Assembly (NCBI GenBank): GCA_002269645.1
Contig: NIVC01000633.1
Location: forward strand, 310,001 to 374,000
Reading direction: 5' to 3'
DNA length: 64,000 nt
Source of the DNA: Macrostomum lignano
Lineage: Eukaryota
The position numbers were made by a program, and so were the translations under genes. Positions 48,647 to 60,500 of this stretch are shown here, piece by piece (positions within the stretch are counted from its first letter, which is position 1; each line of letters starts with the position of its first letter). The notes under the pieces were generated by a model, which saw nothing but the letters and a program-made list of their open reading frames with translations, had not been told where the DNA came from and ran no database searches.

Positions 48647-49966
48647 TCAGAACAGCGGCGTCGCGAAGACGCCTTCTGGCAGGGCTCTGAACTTCTTCTC
48701 CATGCACCGCCGGAACTCCTCCATGGTGATGGCATCTGGGTCCGCCGGCTGAACCTCGTCGAACAGCTGCTCGAGCTTCTCCGCGGGAGCCTCGGGCCGC
48801 ACGGCCGGGCGCACCTGGTCCCCGCACAGGTCGAAGATTGCGGCGGAGACGGCCAGCGCATCCTGCCGGGAGATCTGGCCGTCCGAGTCCACGTCGTACA
48901 GGCGGAACACCCACCGCAGGCGCTCGTCCGCCGGCCCCCGGGTCAGCATGGACAGGGCGCAGACTAGCTCCTCGGTGGTGACCACTCCGTCCCTGTCGCA
49001 GTCCACCGTGTTGAAGACGTAGTGCGCAAACAGGGTGGGGTTGCCCATGGGGAACAGGTAGGCCATGGCGTCCGCGAACTGCCGGCGGCGCAGCAGGCCG
49101 CTGGGGCACTGCTGCTTGAATGCCCGGTAGATCGACTTCACCTCCTCCCGGCTGAAGCGGGTGCGCTGCACCATCTCGCTCAGCGGCGGCGGCCGGTACC
49201 TGTCTCCCAGCCGGCTGCTGCCGCCGAAATTGCCGAATCCGGCGCCGACGATGCCGTCCTTGGCGCGACGCCGGACAAGGAACGGCCTGGCGAGGATCTC
49301 GAGGAGCCGCAGGCGGTAGCGCGCCCGCAGCCGGTCCAGCAGGCCGCAGCCGGTTGGCAGTTCTGCGTCCTCCGCCTGGCGCCGCTCGCGCCTCTGCTGC
49401 GGAGTCTCCACATCGGCGAGCTGCTGCTGCAGGAGGCTGGCCAGCTCGTCCGGCAGGCGGTCCAGGGAGATCTGGTAGCCGCTGGAGCTCATCAGCGACA
49501 CGATGGACGGCCGGCCGTGCGCCACGCCCGGCACCGCGAGCCGGTGCTCCGAGCCGAGCTGCGAGCTGTGGCGCGACTCGCGGCGGGCGCTGGACGACCG
49601 ACGGCTGGCGTTGCCGCCGCTTCCGTCGTCCAGGCGCTGTGGGCTGAGCAGCGGTTGCAGAGTCTGCACGCGGCGGGTTGAGTTCTCGCTGCTGCGGCGG
49701 GCCATCGGCTCCGATGACTCAGCCTGTTGTTGTTGCTGCTGCTGCTGGTGCTGCTGCTGCCTCTGCCGCAGCACCGTGCAGGAGCTGGACCGGCCCGCCA
49801 CCAGCAGCGAGTAATGGGGCGTCGTCGGCTGCTGCTGCCGGTCCTTCGCAATGGCCGCTGCGGACGAGGGCGTCGCAATGAGCGTCTCGGCGCTCTCGCC
49901 GGCCTCGGCGTCCGGCGAAGTCAGCGTGATGCGGATGTCCCTCTGCTGGCCGGTCATTTTGTTCAT
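48647..49966 (-). CDS. KCNIP: Kv channel-interacting protein (KChIP/DREAM-type neuronal calcium sensor) with long disordered N-terminus, 439 aa
   Basis: C-terminal about 180 aa follow the KChIP core: TRFSREEVKSIYRAFKQQCPSG, FPMGNP..FAHYVFN, LSMLTRG..ERLRWVFRLYD.D.DG.I, IFDL.G. The start is uncertain; acceptor-like CTCTCAG sites just upstream may indicate a further exon. Confidence 0.88.
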   Translation of the reverse strand: MNKMTGQQRDIRITLTSPDAEAGESAETLIATPSSAAAIAKDRQQQPTTPHYSLLVAGRSSSCTVLRQRQQQHQQQQQQQQAESSEPMARRSSENSTRRVQTLQPLLSPQRLDDGSGGNASRRSSSARRESRHSSQLGSEHRLAVPGVAHGRPSIVSLMSSSGYQISLDRLPDELASLLQQQLADVETPQQRRERRQAEDAELPTGCGLLDRLRARYRLRLLEILARPFLVRRRAKDGIVGAGFGNFGGSSRLGDRYRPPPLSEMVQRTRFSREEVKSIYRAFKQQCPSGLLRRRQFADAMAYLFPMGNPTLFAHYVFNTVDCDRDGVVTTEELVCALSMLTRGPADERLRWVFRLYDVDSDGQISRQDALAVSAAIFDLCGDQVRPAVRPEAPAEKLEQLFDEVQPADPDAITMEEFRRCMEKKFRALPEGVFATPLF

Positions 49967-50561
49967 ATCGAAGCTGAGAGCTGAGAGCTGCGCGCGGTTG
50001 AGTCTGGCTGAGCAGTTCTGGTGGGAGGAGCGCAGCGGAGATGTTTTACTGTGGAGGCGAAAGCATCCGAGGCGTAGGAAGAAAGAGAAAAGCTCTGATT
50101 GGCTGCCCTCCCCAAAACCCTCTGGGCGCCGGCCTCTGTCGAGCTCCGGGTGCCGGCGGTCTTGAGGAATTTCTGATATCTGTCCGTCCTCAGCCTCCCT
50201 CCCTGCCTGCGCTGGCGGCTCTGGGACAGGGAAAATCCTTATCACAGATCTCGGGGATTATGCCGTGCCGTCTCTTTCCTCACTGCTTCTTTCGGATGAA
50301 AATATGCTTTTGCTGCTTCCCTGTTACCCTCTTGATCCCTCATCCCGGCAGATACATATCCCAGCTATTAATCTATCCCTAACAACAATGACCTTTTTCC
50401 AATCGGCCTCAAGAGGGCGGCAGAGTTTGAGATCCGATGCAGGGAATTTTAATTTTGCGACTGTACTGGCAGGGTAGGAGGTTCTGATGGACAGTCTGAG
50501 AAGCTGATATTCCGTTTGGGTTGTGAGACATTAGATAGGCAGGCTGCGGCATCAGAGCCTT

Positions 50562-50942
50562 ATGAATGGCATCGGGACTTCATGAATGGCATCGGGACTT
50601 CATGAATGGCATCGGGACTTTATGAGTGGCATTGAGACTTCATAAATGGCATCGGGACTTCATGGGTAGCATTGGGACTACATGAGTGGCATCGGGACTT
50701 CATGAGTGGCATATTGGGACTTTATGAGTGGCATTGAGACTTCATAAATGGCATCAGGACTTCATGGGTAGCATCAGGAATTCATGGATGGCATTGGGAT
50801 TTCATGGGTAGCATCTGGACTTCATGGGTGGCATCGGGACTTCATGGGTGGCATCTGGACTTCATGGGTGGCATCGGGACTTCATGGGTAGCATCTGGAC
50901 TTCATGAGTAGCATCTGGACTTCATGGGTGGCATCGGGACTT
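50562..50942. repeat. 20-bp minisatellite (ATGAATGGCATCGGGACTTC)
   Basis: Directly visible tandem array. Confidence 0.9.
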
Positions 50943-51315
50943 AAAGTCTATCTACTCTGCACTCTGTCTTTATACACTTCAAGCGGGCTCTCAACTGGAT
51001 GAATCGCGGCACGGGGACAACTTTTCTCCACAGCGCCTTTCCCGCCTTAACCCTTCCTCATCCCCAGCTGAGAAAGGCCGGCCTAATTGCGTTACGCCGG
51101 CCAGCTGCTCGGAAATTAATCAAGCAAAGTTGTGTCTCCTCTCGGGCGGCAGGCTGGGTAGCAACTGCTTTCGGAATTATTAATGCACTTCGTACTCTGC
51201 GGTCCACAGCGCCAATGTTGCATTCTGGCCTCTGGTTTCTACTGGGACTCTTGTGAGAGCTGCCAGCCCGACCGAACTAGTGCAATCACTTGGATAACAA
51301 CTCGATATTCACTGC

Positions 51316-52042
51316 TGATCCGTCACTCTGGAACAAGATCCTCGATTCCCTCCCGGCCTCTGATCCGTCACTCTGGAACAAGATCCGATTCCCTCCCGGC
51401 CTCTGATCCGTCACTCTGGATCAATATCCGATTCCCTCCCGGCCTCTGATCCGTCACTCTGGATCAATATCCGATTCCCTCCCGGCTTCTGATCCGTCAC
51501 TCTGGAACAAGATCCTCGATTCCCTCCCGGCTTCTGATCCGTCACTCTGGAACAAGATCCGATTCCCTCCCGGCCTCTGATCCGTCACTCTGGATCAATA
51601 TCCGATTCCCTCCCGGCTTCTGATCCGTCACTCTGGAACAAGATCCTCTATTCCCTCCCGGCTTCTGATCCGTCACTCTGGAACAAGATCCTCGATTCCC
51701 TCCCGGCTTCTGATCCGTCACTCTGGAACAAGATCCTCGATTCCCTCCCGGCTTCTGATCCGTCACTCTGGAACAAGATCCGATTCCCTCCCGGCCTCTG
51801 ATCCGTCACTCTGGATCAATATCCGATTCCCTCCCGGCTTCTGATCCGTCACTCTGGAACAAGATCCTCTATTTCCTCCCGGCTTCTGATCCGTCACTCT
51901 GGAACAATATCCTCTATTCCCTCGCGGCCTTTGATCCGTCACTCTGGAACAATATCCTCTATTCCCTCGCGGCCTTTGATCCGTCACTCTGGAACAATAT
52001 CCTCTATTCCCTCGCGGCCTTTGATCCGTCACTCTGGAACAA
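51316..52042. repeat. 39-41-bp minisatellite (CTCTGATCCGTCACTCTGGAACAAGATCC(TC)GATTCCCTCCCGGC)
   Basis: Directly visible tandem array. Confidence 0.95.
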
Positions 52043-52527
52043 TCCTTGGATCTGCGTCACTCCGCTGTCAAAAATAATTGACTTGTCGAGGGAAATAGAC
52101 TTTCTAAGAATCCACGAGAATCCACGAGAAGCGAACAAGGAACCGCAAACACAGCAGTCGCTTTCCTTTCGGATTAACACTCAAGAAATCAATGAGAACA
52201 AAATATCCCATCCCACTGATCCCCTGTTCTCAAAGCCAGCCAATTCCCGTTGGCAACTAGAATCGGGAATATTCAGGAGAGCTTTAATGCAATGCCCAGG
52301 TACTCATTGATCTCAGAACTGCCAGCCGCAGCTGCGCTTGGGCGGTGGCTGGGGCGAGGGCCGCCGCCGGTGGCCTAAGCCGGGATTCCTATTTCATTTT
52401 TGCCCCCGCGGAATCGATCGGCCCTGTTGATTCATTCGCCATCAAAGTCAACGAGATTCTGCAGAGATATCCAAGATCGCGGTCTCAATGCTCATTAGCG
52501 CTTGCTTTAAAGTTCGAGCAAAAGTGC

Positions 52528-52790
52528 GAACCCATCAGCACCGACACCACAGAACCCATCAGCACTGACACCACAGAACCCATCAGCACCGACACCACAG
52601 AACCCATCAGCACCGACACCACAGAACCCATCAGCACCGACACTACAGAACACATCAGCACTGACACCACAGAACCCATCAGCACCGACACCACAGAACC
52701 CATCAGCACTGACACCACAGAACCCATCAGCACCGACACCACAGAACCCATCAGCACCGACACCACAGAACCCATCAGCACCGACACCGA
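52528..52790. repeat. 24-bp minisatellite (GAACCCATCAGCACCGACACCACA), about 11 copies
   Basis: Directly visible. Reads EPISTDTT in ORF 52345-52866. Confidence 0.95.
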
Positions 52791-53084
52791 CATCAGCAGA
52801 GCAATATTGGCAATTCAAAAGTTCTTAAAAAGTATTCTACTGTTAGTAGGAAAGACCGCTCATTAAAATTCAGGAAGAAAAAACTCTTTTCGATATTAAG
52901 TTTACGGTGTGAAGTTTCAACCCGTGACTTTTATTATGCAATATTACAGTTGATTTCGGGGAATCAATTTTTGAGAAACACTTGACATGCAGGTGTGCCA
53001 CGGGTAGCTACCGAGTTTTATGTGCGCCAAGAAAGACTTAGCAGCAACCTGCTGCACTCAATTTACAACCGCTCGCTTGTAGTA

Positions 53085-53296
53085 ATCGGAGATCTGGGAT
53101 CGGAGATCTGGGATCGGAGATCTGGGATCGGAGATCTGGGATCGGAGATCTGGGATCGGAGATCTGGGATCGGAGATCTGGGATCGGAGATCTGGGATCG
53201 GAGATCTGGGATCGGTGATCTGGGATCGGAGATCTGGGATCGGAGATCTGGGATCGGAGATCTGGGATCGGAGATCTGGGATCGGAGATCTGGGAT
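53085..53296. repeat. 14-bp repeat (ATCGGAGATCTGGG), about 15 copies
   Basis: Directly visible. Confidence 0.95.
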
Positions 53297-53310
53297 GAGG
53301 CATCGGACAA

Positions 53311-54024
53311 TCATGGCTTATTATCCTGAGCTGGGGCACTTTCAGCGGCATAATCTTCAGCAAGGGCAGCAGCCGCCCGTCCTGGTGTTGACCTTCCCGA
53401 AGCCCCAGCTGCCGAGGCCGGGCCCCAGTGTCTTCTTGGAGTCAGCGCCAGCTTAATCTCCAGCTTTGACGCGCTGTCCAGCCAGACTGAATCTTCAACG
53501 ACTGTAATTGGACAGCTTTTGTACACAACTCTCTGCTGCTGCTGCTGCGGCGGCGGCGGCTTTGCTGGCTGCGACTCGGCAGCTTTCGAAGCCTGCCTGG
53601 AGACCGCAACAACTCGTCGAGGGCTTCGGCAGCTGCGCCGGCAGGCCGTGGCGCTGATTGGAGCGATGAGGCAGCTGGCAGGCCCGGCGGTCGGGCTGGC
53701 TGTTGAAGCCACCGACGCCACCGAGGCCGGACGCTTGCATGCTGCCCCAGCCGCTGCCGCAGCTGCCAGGGCGCGTCGGGCCGACTCGATCGGTCGCCGA
53801 GTGTCGCGGCTTACCATCGTCAGGTGCCTGACGGCCGCGGAGGTGGAACGCTGCTGTTCAGGTTGTTGCTGCTGATGCTGTGGTGGCAGATCTGGCTTCA
53901 CCACTGGCGGCTTGAAGTACAGACTGCCGACATGCTGCTGCTGCTGTTGTTGCTGTTTTTCATCACGGTGCTCAGGCGGCAGCAGAAAGGTCACGCCCGT
54001 TCTGCCGCCTCCGTCCGCTGCCAT
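53311..54024 (-). CDS. Hypothetical low-complexity protein, 237 aa (Q/A/P/S-rich)
   Basis: GC-rich ORF with polyQ/polyA composition like the KChIP N-terminus. Acceptor-like TTTTTACCTGACTGTACAG just upstream of the ATG. No domain recognised. Confidence 0.5.
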   Translation of the reverse strand: MAADGGGRTGVTFLLPPEHRDEKQQQQQQQHVGSLYFKPPVVKPDLPPQHQQQQPEQQRSTSAAVRHLTMVSRDTRRPIESARRALAAAAAAGAACKRPASVASVASTASPTAGPASCLIAPISATACRRSCRSPRRVVAVSRQASKAAESQPAKPPPPQQQQQRVVYKSCPITVVEDSVWLDSASKLEIKLALTPRRHWGPASAAGASGRSTPGRAAAALAEDYAAESAPAQDNKP

Positions 54025-54484
54025 GCCCCCTCGCTGTCTGTACAGTCAGGTAAAAATGGCACAGATTCTCGGCTGGAGTTGCTCAACTCAACTGGCCGGA
54101 CTGGCGGCGCTTTCTGGGCTTCTTCGTGGCGCGACTGTTAGAGGAGATTTATTTGGAGGCTCGCCGGCCCCTCGGCTCGCGTATTCTGCAGCTGAGCTGG
54201 CCGCCCTCCGCAGCCTCCGGGCTCCGGAAGCGCGGACAATGCACCTGCATCCCCACTTCATAGCGACTGGCTGAGAAGGAGAGAGGGAGAGCTGAATAAG
54301 GAAGAAGCGTTTCGCCTCTCTCGCCAGACGGCGTCCGAGATTAGGATAATGGCGGCCTAAGTAACCCGGGCTGCTCAATGCATAATGCATGGTCGGTCGC
54401 TTGAGCAGCCTGGGTAGTATCGGGATCGCTGCAGCTCAGGCCTCCTGGAGTTTAGGCAAAGGTACAGGTAATTAGGCTTCTTAA

Positions 54485-55344
54485 CCACTTCGCGCCCAAG
54501 CTTGGTTCTGTAAGATGGCTTAAAAGCCCAAAGGCCTGCAGAGCAGTCCATAGACAAATTTGTATTTTTTGCTGAATCGAGTGCACACCCTAGAAGCCCA
54601 GAAGTAAAGTATATCACATAGTTTTTCAGCTAGCTCCTGTTCAAACCTTCCTACTCACAAATGGCTTTTACGCGGCCGAATAGGACAGCTAAAAGTGACG
54701 CCTTGCGTAGACTGGGACTCGATTCCGATTCGGAAGACGCTTTATCAAGCAATGACTCGACGGTTTTTGAGTCAGAAACGGAGTCGGAAGGCATGGATCC
54801 AGAAATTGATCCTGACTGAAGAGTTTCTCACCACAGTCTTGTCACATGGACTAATGAGCGAATGTGGTTGGCAGTCAGGGAGTTCCAGCAGGAGAGTGCA
54901 GAAAATGGCGAGGAAGAGAGCGAGAGTTGTTGCTGAGCTTAGTCGCGAAGTGCTGGGCGAAGGATACCACATATACACGGACGACTCCCAGCAACGGAAG
55001 CCCAGACTCGCCCAAGCAAACGATTCCGAATTTGAAACCTGACGTTCCAGCTAAGAAGACAGTATTTTGCTGCAGCCAATGTCCCGGAAATCCTGGTCTC
55101 TGTCCAGATCCATGCTAATTCATCCACGCTTTAATTCCCCTTTAACATTTCCCATTTGAGTGAAAACACAATGGAAATGCATAATGGACGTCTTTAAATC
55201 AGTCATGGCCTGCACAGCAGGCCATACTGGGCACTTGCTTTAGTGATTGGGAGATGGTTTTTGATGCCATAGACATTTTTCAATCTCTGGGTTTCTGGGC
55301 CGTTTCGGTATGGCCTGCAGTGCAGGCCTTTGGCTTCCAAATGG
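54485..55344 (+). mobile_element. Internally deleted piggyBac element
   Basis: TTAA at 54481-54484 and 55345-55348. Inverted subterminal repeats AGCCCAAAGGCCTGCAGAGCAGTCCATA (54525-54552) and its diverged reverse complement (55309-55335). Acidic N-terminus from ATG 54661 (LDSDSED...ESETESE), RVVAELSREVLGEGYHIYTD catalytic-motif fragment, and Cys-rich tail CCSQCPGNPGLCPDPC (55068-55115). Confidence 0.75.
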
Positions 55345-55781
55345 TTAAGCCCTGATTGGGCTTTGTGAAGAATACCTTCAGTGAGTTTAAAACTTAAAGC
55401 CTTGTGATGGATCGAGCTTTGGCGCGTCTCAAACAAATTGTCGCGATTCGCTCTCACCTCACGCGTACAAAATGCGCAATCTGGGCTGTGATTGATTGGA
55501 AGTTTAGTTAAAAGTCTATCAACTAAAAACACTTTTGATGAAGTCAATAAGCTGGTGCTTACCGTAGCGTATGTTAAGCGGCATTGTAATTATACTTTTA
55601 CCCAGACGCAAAAACAAAATATTTTGGCCATTATTCTACAGTTTTGATGTGTACCATAGACATTTGGATTGAAAAAATCATCGCACATCGCTACGCGCAC
55701 TCGTGTTTGGCCATTATTTCAGCCCCTTACCTACTACGCAATCTACCATTATTCAACTCAGTTGCATACTATACAATCTAC

Positions 55782-56046
55782 CATTGTACCATGACCTTTG
55801 TGCCCGCTGGGCACTTATTCTTGCCTTTTAATGCCATAGACTACATGGAATACTTGGGATTGAATCACATACCGACCTCAAACCCATAGAATATCTTATA
55901 CTTAACTGCCCGCTAATTTGCATTAAAGTAAGTTTGACATAGACAATTTGTTCGATATTTCTTTCCTGCAAGCGGGCTTAAATTTAGTCTATGGCATTAA
56001 AAGGCAGGAATAAGTGCCCAGAGGGTACAAAGGTCATGGTACAATG
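55782..56046. repeat. About 63-bp inverted repeat pair, probable MITE core
   Basis: CATTGTACCATGACCTTTGTGCCCGCTGGGCACTTATTCTTGCCTTTTAATGCCATAGACTA and its reverse complement at 55985-56046. Confidence 0.7.
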
Positions 56047-56054
56047 TACTATTG

Positions 56055-57275
56055 TCAGCCCTGGCGACCACGGGCAGCTGGTGCTGCGGTGTAGCGCAGG
56101 GAGATCCGGTGGTGACGGTGTCAGCAGCGCGGTCCCCCTCCAGAGAGTCCAGGAGGTGAATGGTCGCTCGCCCGCGGTAGCCTTTAAGTAGCGGACGAGC
56201 TGGCAGAGATTCTCGGGCCTGAAAAATGTCGGAAAGGTCCGGGTGTTGGCCGAGACAGGTGAGCATCGAGAACCCCATTCACCTCTAGGTCAGTGTTGCA
56301 GATGAAGCCGGCGAAGGAGATGGCCGGTCTCACAATGGCAGTGTAAATCCACCAGAGGCGGCGGGGGTGAGGCCCCAGGTAGCGCCGAAAGCTCTGCGGA
56401 TCTGCGCGAGAGTCGCAGGAGCTCTGCGGGCTTTGGTGTGTGGGGTCCAGCTCAACGTGGTGGAGGGTGACGCCCAGACATCTGGTTTGTTTCTCCATGG
56501 CAACGGGTTTGCCATAGAGGGAGAGCGGTTCGATCCTCAAATTTCGGCGGCTGGTGAACATGATAGCCACGGTTTTAGACTCAGAGAACCTGATGCCGCA
56601 GCTGTGTGCCCTGCTCAACAATAAAATAAAACAAATCCAAATAAACACTCAAGCGCTTGGCACGGTGGATGAAGGCTTGGAGGAGGTCTCTGAGGACCGC
56701 GGGTGATGGTCCAGCCACAGTGGCGGTAACATCATCCGCATAGCCGACCTTCTGAACCGGGTCCGGATACGGCACGGGCTGCAGAGCAGCTTGTCCATGG
56801 CTAAGTTCCAGAGGATCGGGTTGAGGACCCCACCTTGCGGTCCACCTTTCTGGACCTCCACAGAGCGGGAGTGTCCCAGGAGTTGCGAGATGGCAGTACG
56901 ATGAGAGACCATGTACATGATCCAGCGAGTGAGGTGCTCGTGCGTGCCCCAGGATCATCAATGTCGAGGAAAAGTGAGAGCGCTCTAGCTTGTCGACAAT
57001 GGCATGCAGCGCACTTTCAATGGAGCGTCCAGGTCGAAAGGCGTGCTGGTTGGGGGAGTGAGGGGAGTTCCTCAGCTCCACGAGGAGGGGGCGCCAGAGC
57101 ACCAGCCGTTCCATCAGATTGAGGGAGAAAGACGTCAGGCTGATGGGGCGGTAAGCTTTGCCAGAGTGATAGTCTCCCTACCCTAGTTTGGGTATGAAGA
57201 CTACCGTGGCCTCTTGCCAGGTTTTTTTAAACTTAGCCTTGTGGAGGTTGCAGAGGAGCCGGGCCCTGACTTTAG
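56055..57275 (-). mobile_element. 5'-truncated, degenerate non-LTR retrotransposon (R1/LOA-like reverse transcriptase)
   Basis: Minus-strand motifs across frameshifts: WQEATVVFIPK, AYRPISLTSF, QHAFRPGRS, GGPQGGVLNPILWNL, GYADD, KTVAIMF, LGVTL, WIYTAIVRPAISFA. Confidence 0.9.
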
Positions 57276-57599
57276 TTATCGTGTACACTTTCTGTGCCTT
57301 GTGGGTGGGCCCTCAGAGACGTTAATTGCACTAGCAGAGCCGAGCGGAGATTCCAATTAAGCCTTAAATTAATGTGACTGCACTTGGAATCGATGAGTTG
57401 CCTAATTATAGCGCGGCACCATCGCATCATCTTAAATGCTTCCTTGGTTGCAAGAGACTGCATGCCGGCCATAGAGGGTGATCTCTGGCGCGAAGTGCTG
57501 GCGTGTTCGCAGAAGCATTCAGATAGCAAAACTGAGAAATTGAATTCCCAACTGCAGTGAAAGTGCTCATCAGTCAAGGCGGATGCCCTTCTGCCCAAG

Positions 57600-60500
57600 A
57601 TGAGTCAGCATCTGCTCATAGGCAGGCTGAAAAGATTCCTGCCGTGCAGGGGACGGAAGTGCGATGGCGAGGCGGCGCATCTCACGACAGACGAAGACGG
57701 CGACACCAACGGTGGCGGCGTCGAGTCGGCGACGGAATCCTGGACAACCGGAACTCCCGGATCAACGCAGTGCCGGCCGCTGCCACAGCGCGCGCATCGG
57801 CGCCGGCGGAGGCTGCAGCGGAGCGTGGTCGGTGCAGATGCCAGGTGAGCAATGAGCACAGTTGGTGGCACTTTTACTGTAGTGGGTACGGAGTTTTTCA
57901 GACGAGAAAGTATTTTTCCGACTTGTCTTTTAATCGTTTTAGTAGATCTTAGCGACAGGATTACACTTTAAATTTTGTGAACAGCGAAATCTCATGCTTG
58001 AGAAGTATTAAAATAACTCTTTCAACAAATAAGAAAAGCATAGCTTTGCTGGAGTTGCGTTTCCTAGAACTCCAAAAAGAATCTATTCATCAAGCATTGA
58101 AAAGACTTTGTAGAAACTTGGGTTGGTTCGGCTGCCCAGACCAAGTACTGTGAATGCGCCAGTACGAACTGGCGTAGTGACGCTCTGGCAAAATATACAC
58201 CACCCCTGACCTATTAAGCTTCCCAGAAAACCTAACTCAAAAAAGCAGACTGATTACTATGCAGAAGCCGAATATCAGCATCGCTGGATATTTGACCTTG
58301 CAGTCAATCGTACTCGACGTACTCAATCGGCTATTCTGATTGATCTTACCCGTCACGAACGTAGCTGACTAAATAATGGATTTATTTATGCATACGTGCT
58401 CAGCGTACTAAGCAGCTCTAAGTGAGCAGCCAATCGATTATATATTGATTTTAGAGACAAACACTTAAGTGCAGGCACTACAAATTAGACAACTATATAC
58501 AGGGCTGTACTTGAAGAAGTCAGTCGTGCCCACCGCGTGCCTTCCCACTGGATTTGGGTCTACTGTTACCTCAATATAGTGCAGGGCCCAAAAGCCCCCA
58601 TCCTTGCGAACAAACCAGCTAAGCAACTGGGACTCATGTCATGACGCACGCAACTCATTTTCCAAAATCCCTGGAGAATTGTTTCATTACATACTGTTTC
58701 TGCCAGAAAGGCCTGTGCTGGTTAATTGACGTGATGGAACGCGTATCAACCGTTTTGAGCCAGTGCACATCTGCATTAATAGCGACTCGCCACGCAGCGG
58801 CCAAACAGCTGCTGACGTCTCCCCGCAGGATTGCGCGGCCAATCACGCTCCGCACACATCGACGGAATCGGCGCGAACCCTGGACGATGAGGTCACGATG
58901 GGAACCTGCGGTCAAGTCAGTGTCGCCTCGGAGAATCGCATTGTTTTGACGCCAAAGTCTATCGTGCAATTGTCGGAGTCTCAGCTGCGCTCACCATCCG
59001 CTCTTAGCAATGCTGCCGTAGCTGCTGGCGCTGTCACCAGTTCTACGACTACATGCAATGAACTTGACGCTGATCGAACAGGCATTCTTGATAAAGCATC
59101 GGCTGGCGACGCTGCTGCTGGCTGTCCCAGCAGTTCGGCTGTTGAACGAAGCACCGCTAGTCGAGCCTCGATGCGAACAGCTGTTGGCGCCGCGACCGCG
59201 GCCTCTTCTGCCGATCGACAGCTGGAACTCAGGTCAGTTGGCAACAATGTTGGCGCTGCCAAGGATGAGCAGGACGAGGCCAGTAAAAATATTTTAGCAG
59301 ACTGCCAAGCCGAAATCTGCCAGCTTCAAAGTTATAGTAGCAAGGGTGAGTACCTGTTGAATACCTGTTCGAGTGGATTAGTTGAACCTGGACAGCTGAA
59401 GCAAAACAAATTTTGCTGGAAGGCCGGTTTTCGCTGAAAAGTGCACTAGCGAGATTGGAAACTTTTAGTTTATCACCTTCATAATAATTACAAATAATTA
59501 CAAACAGAGCAATTGTGTGTCAAATTTTGTGAAGTGAACTTAAATTTTTTTAAAGAAAATGTTTAAAAAAGTATTTTTGTAGACTGGCATCGACCAAGAT
59601 ACGTTAATATTTTCTTAACGGTTTTTTGCAAAGATTTGTACTTTTGCATAGAGCTGAGTGGGGTTTTACAGCCATTCGACGTCAATTACACCGACTTTCA
59701 GCCGATGTATGACGTCTTTATCCGTCATTGTCGGCGACACCAACTGGTTGAATTTTGGTTGAAATTGGTTGAACTTTGCTTGCTTGTTGGTCTCTTTTAG
59801 AGTTTCAAAAAAGGTCCCAAACGAAATTTGTACGATTTGCGAGTGAGTGTGTCGTATTTCAGTTGTCCATGATCTTAAAACATTACCGCTGCTGTTTCAG
59901 CGATAGACGCGCCATTTAACGATTGCGATCACTCGGCATCCGAAGATTTGGTGGTTTCCGAATATCTGGTGCAGGAGCGTCTTAACTTGCAGTCGGACCA
60001 GGTCAACCAGGTTGTTAACAATGCCCTGCTCAACTTGCAGCACCAGCTCAAAGCTGAGCTGTGCGAAGTCAGTTGTCGGGAAACCGGATCACCGTCTAAT
60101 TGTAAGAAGCAGCATGGGGAAGCACTTTGTGTTTGTAGACAAACAGTTCATCAAATCCAAGACACTTTATTTCGATCAATAATTCTAGATTCTAGCGAGG
60201 CAATTCATCTGTCAACAAATTTGTCTAACGTGGCCACTCTGGTAAGCTGAAAATAGTTTTGCTTTTCCCATCGACACGAACTACAAAGGACACTCGGGTT
60301 GGAAGCGTCCACGACAAAACCTTTGGGCCGTAATCAGGTAGTCTCGCAGTGCAGTCTGATGGTCATCACGGAACAAAAGGCGACCAAAGCAAGTCCAATC
60401 AGCCGAGGTCCAATAACTATTCTTGAAATCGATTTAGTAGATTCTTTTTTCCTACTCTATGACAGCCGCCGTGACAATGTCACCATACTCTTTTACTCTT

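Noticed and set aside
26206-49881. Antisense and alternate-frame ORFs over the GPCR, NFX1 and KChIP exons
   Set aside because: Expected shadows of high-GC3 coding sequence.
8441-53296. CRISPR-like appearance of 28-36-bp repeats
   Set aside because: Units are directly adjacent with no unique spacers, there are no cas genes, and the context is eukaryotic.
54375-54617. Minus-strand ORF with NLSMD...AFK resembling the first piggyBac Asp motif
   Set aside because: Wrong strand relative to the clear piggyBac motifs and overlaps the terminal repeat; judged coincidental.
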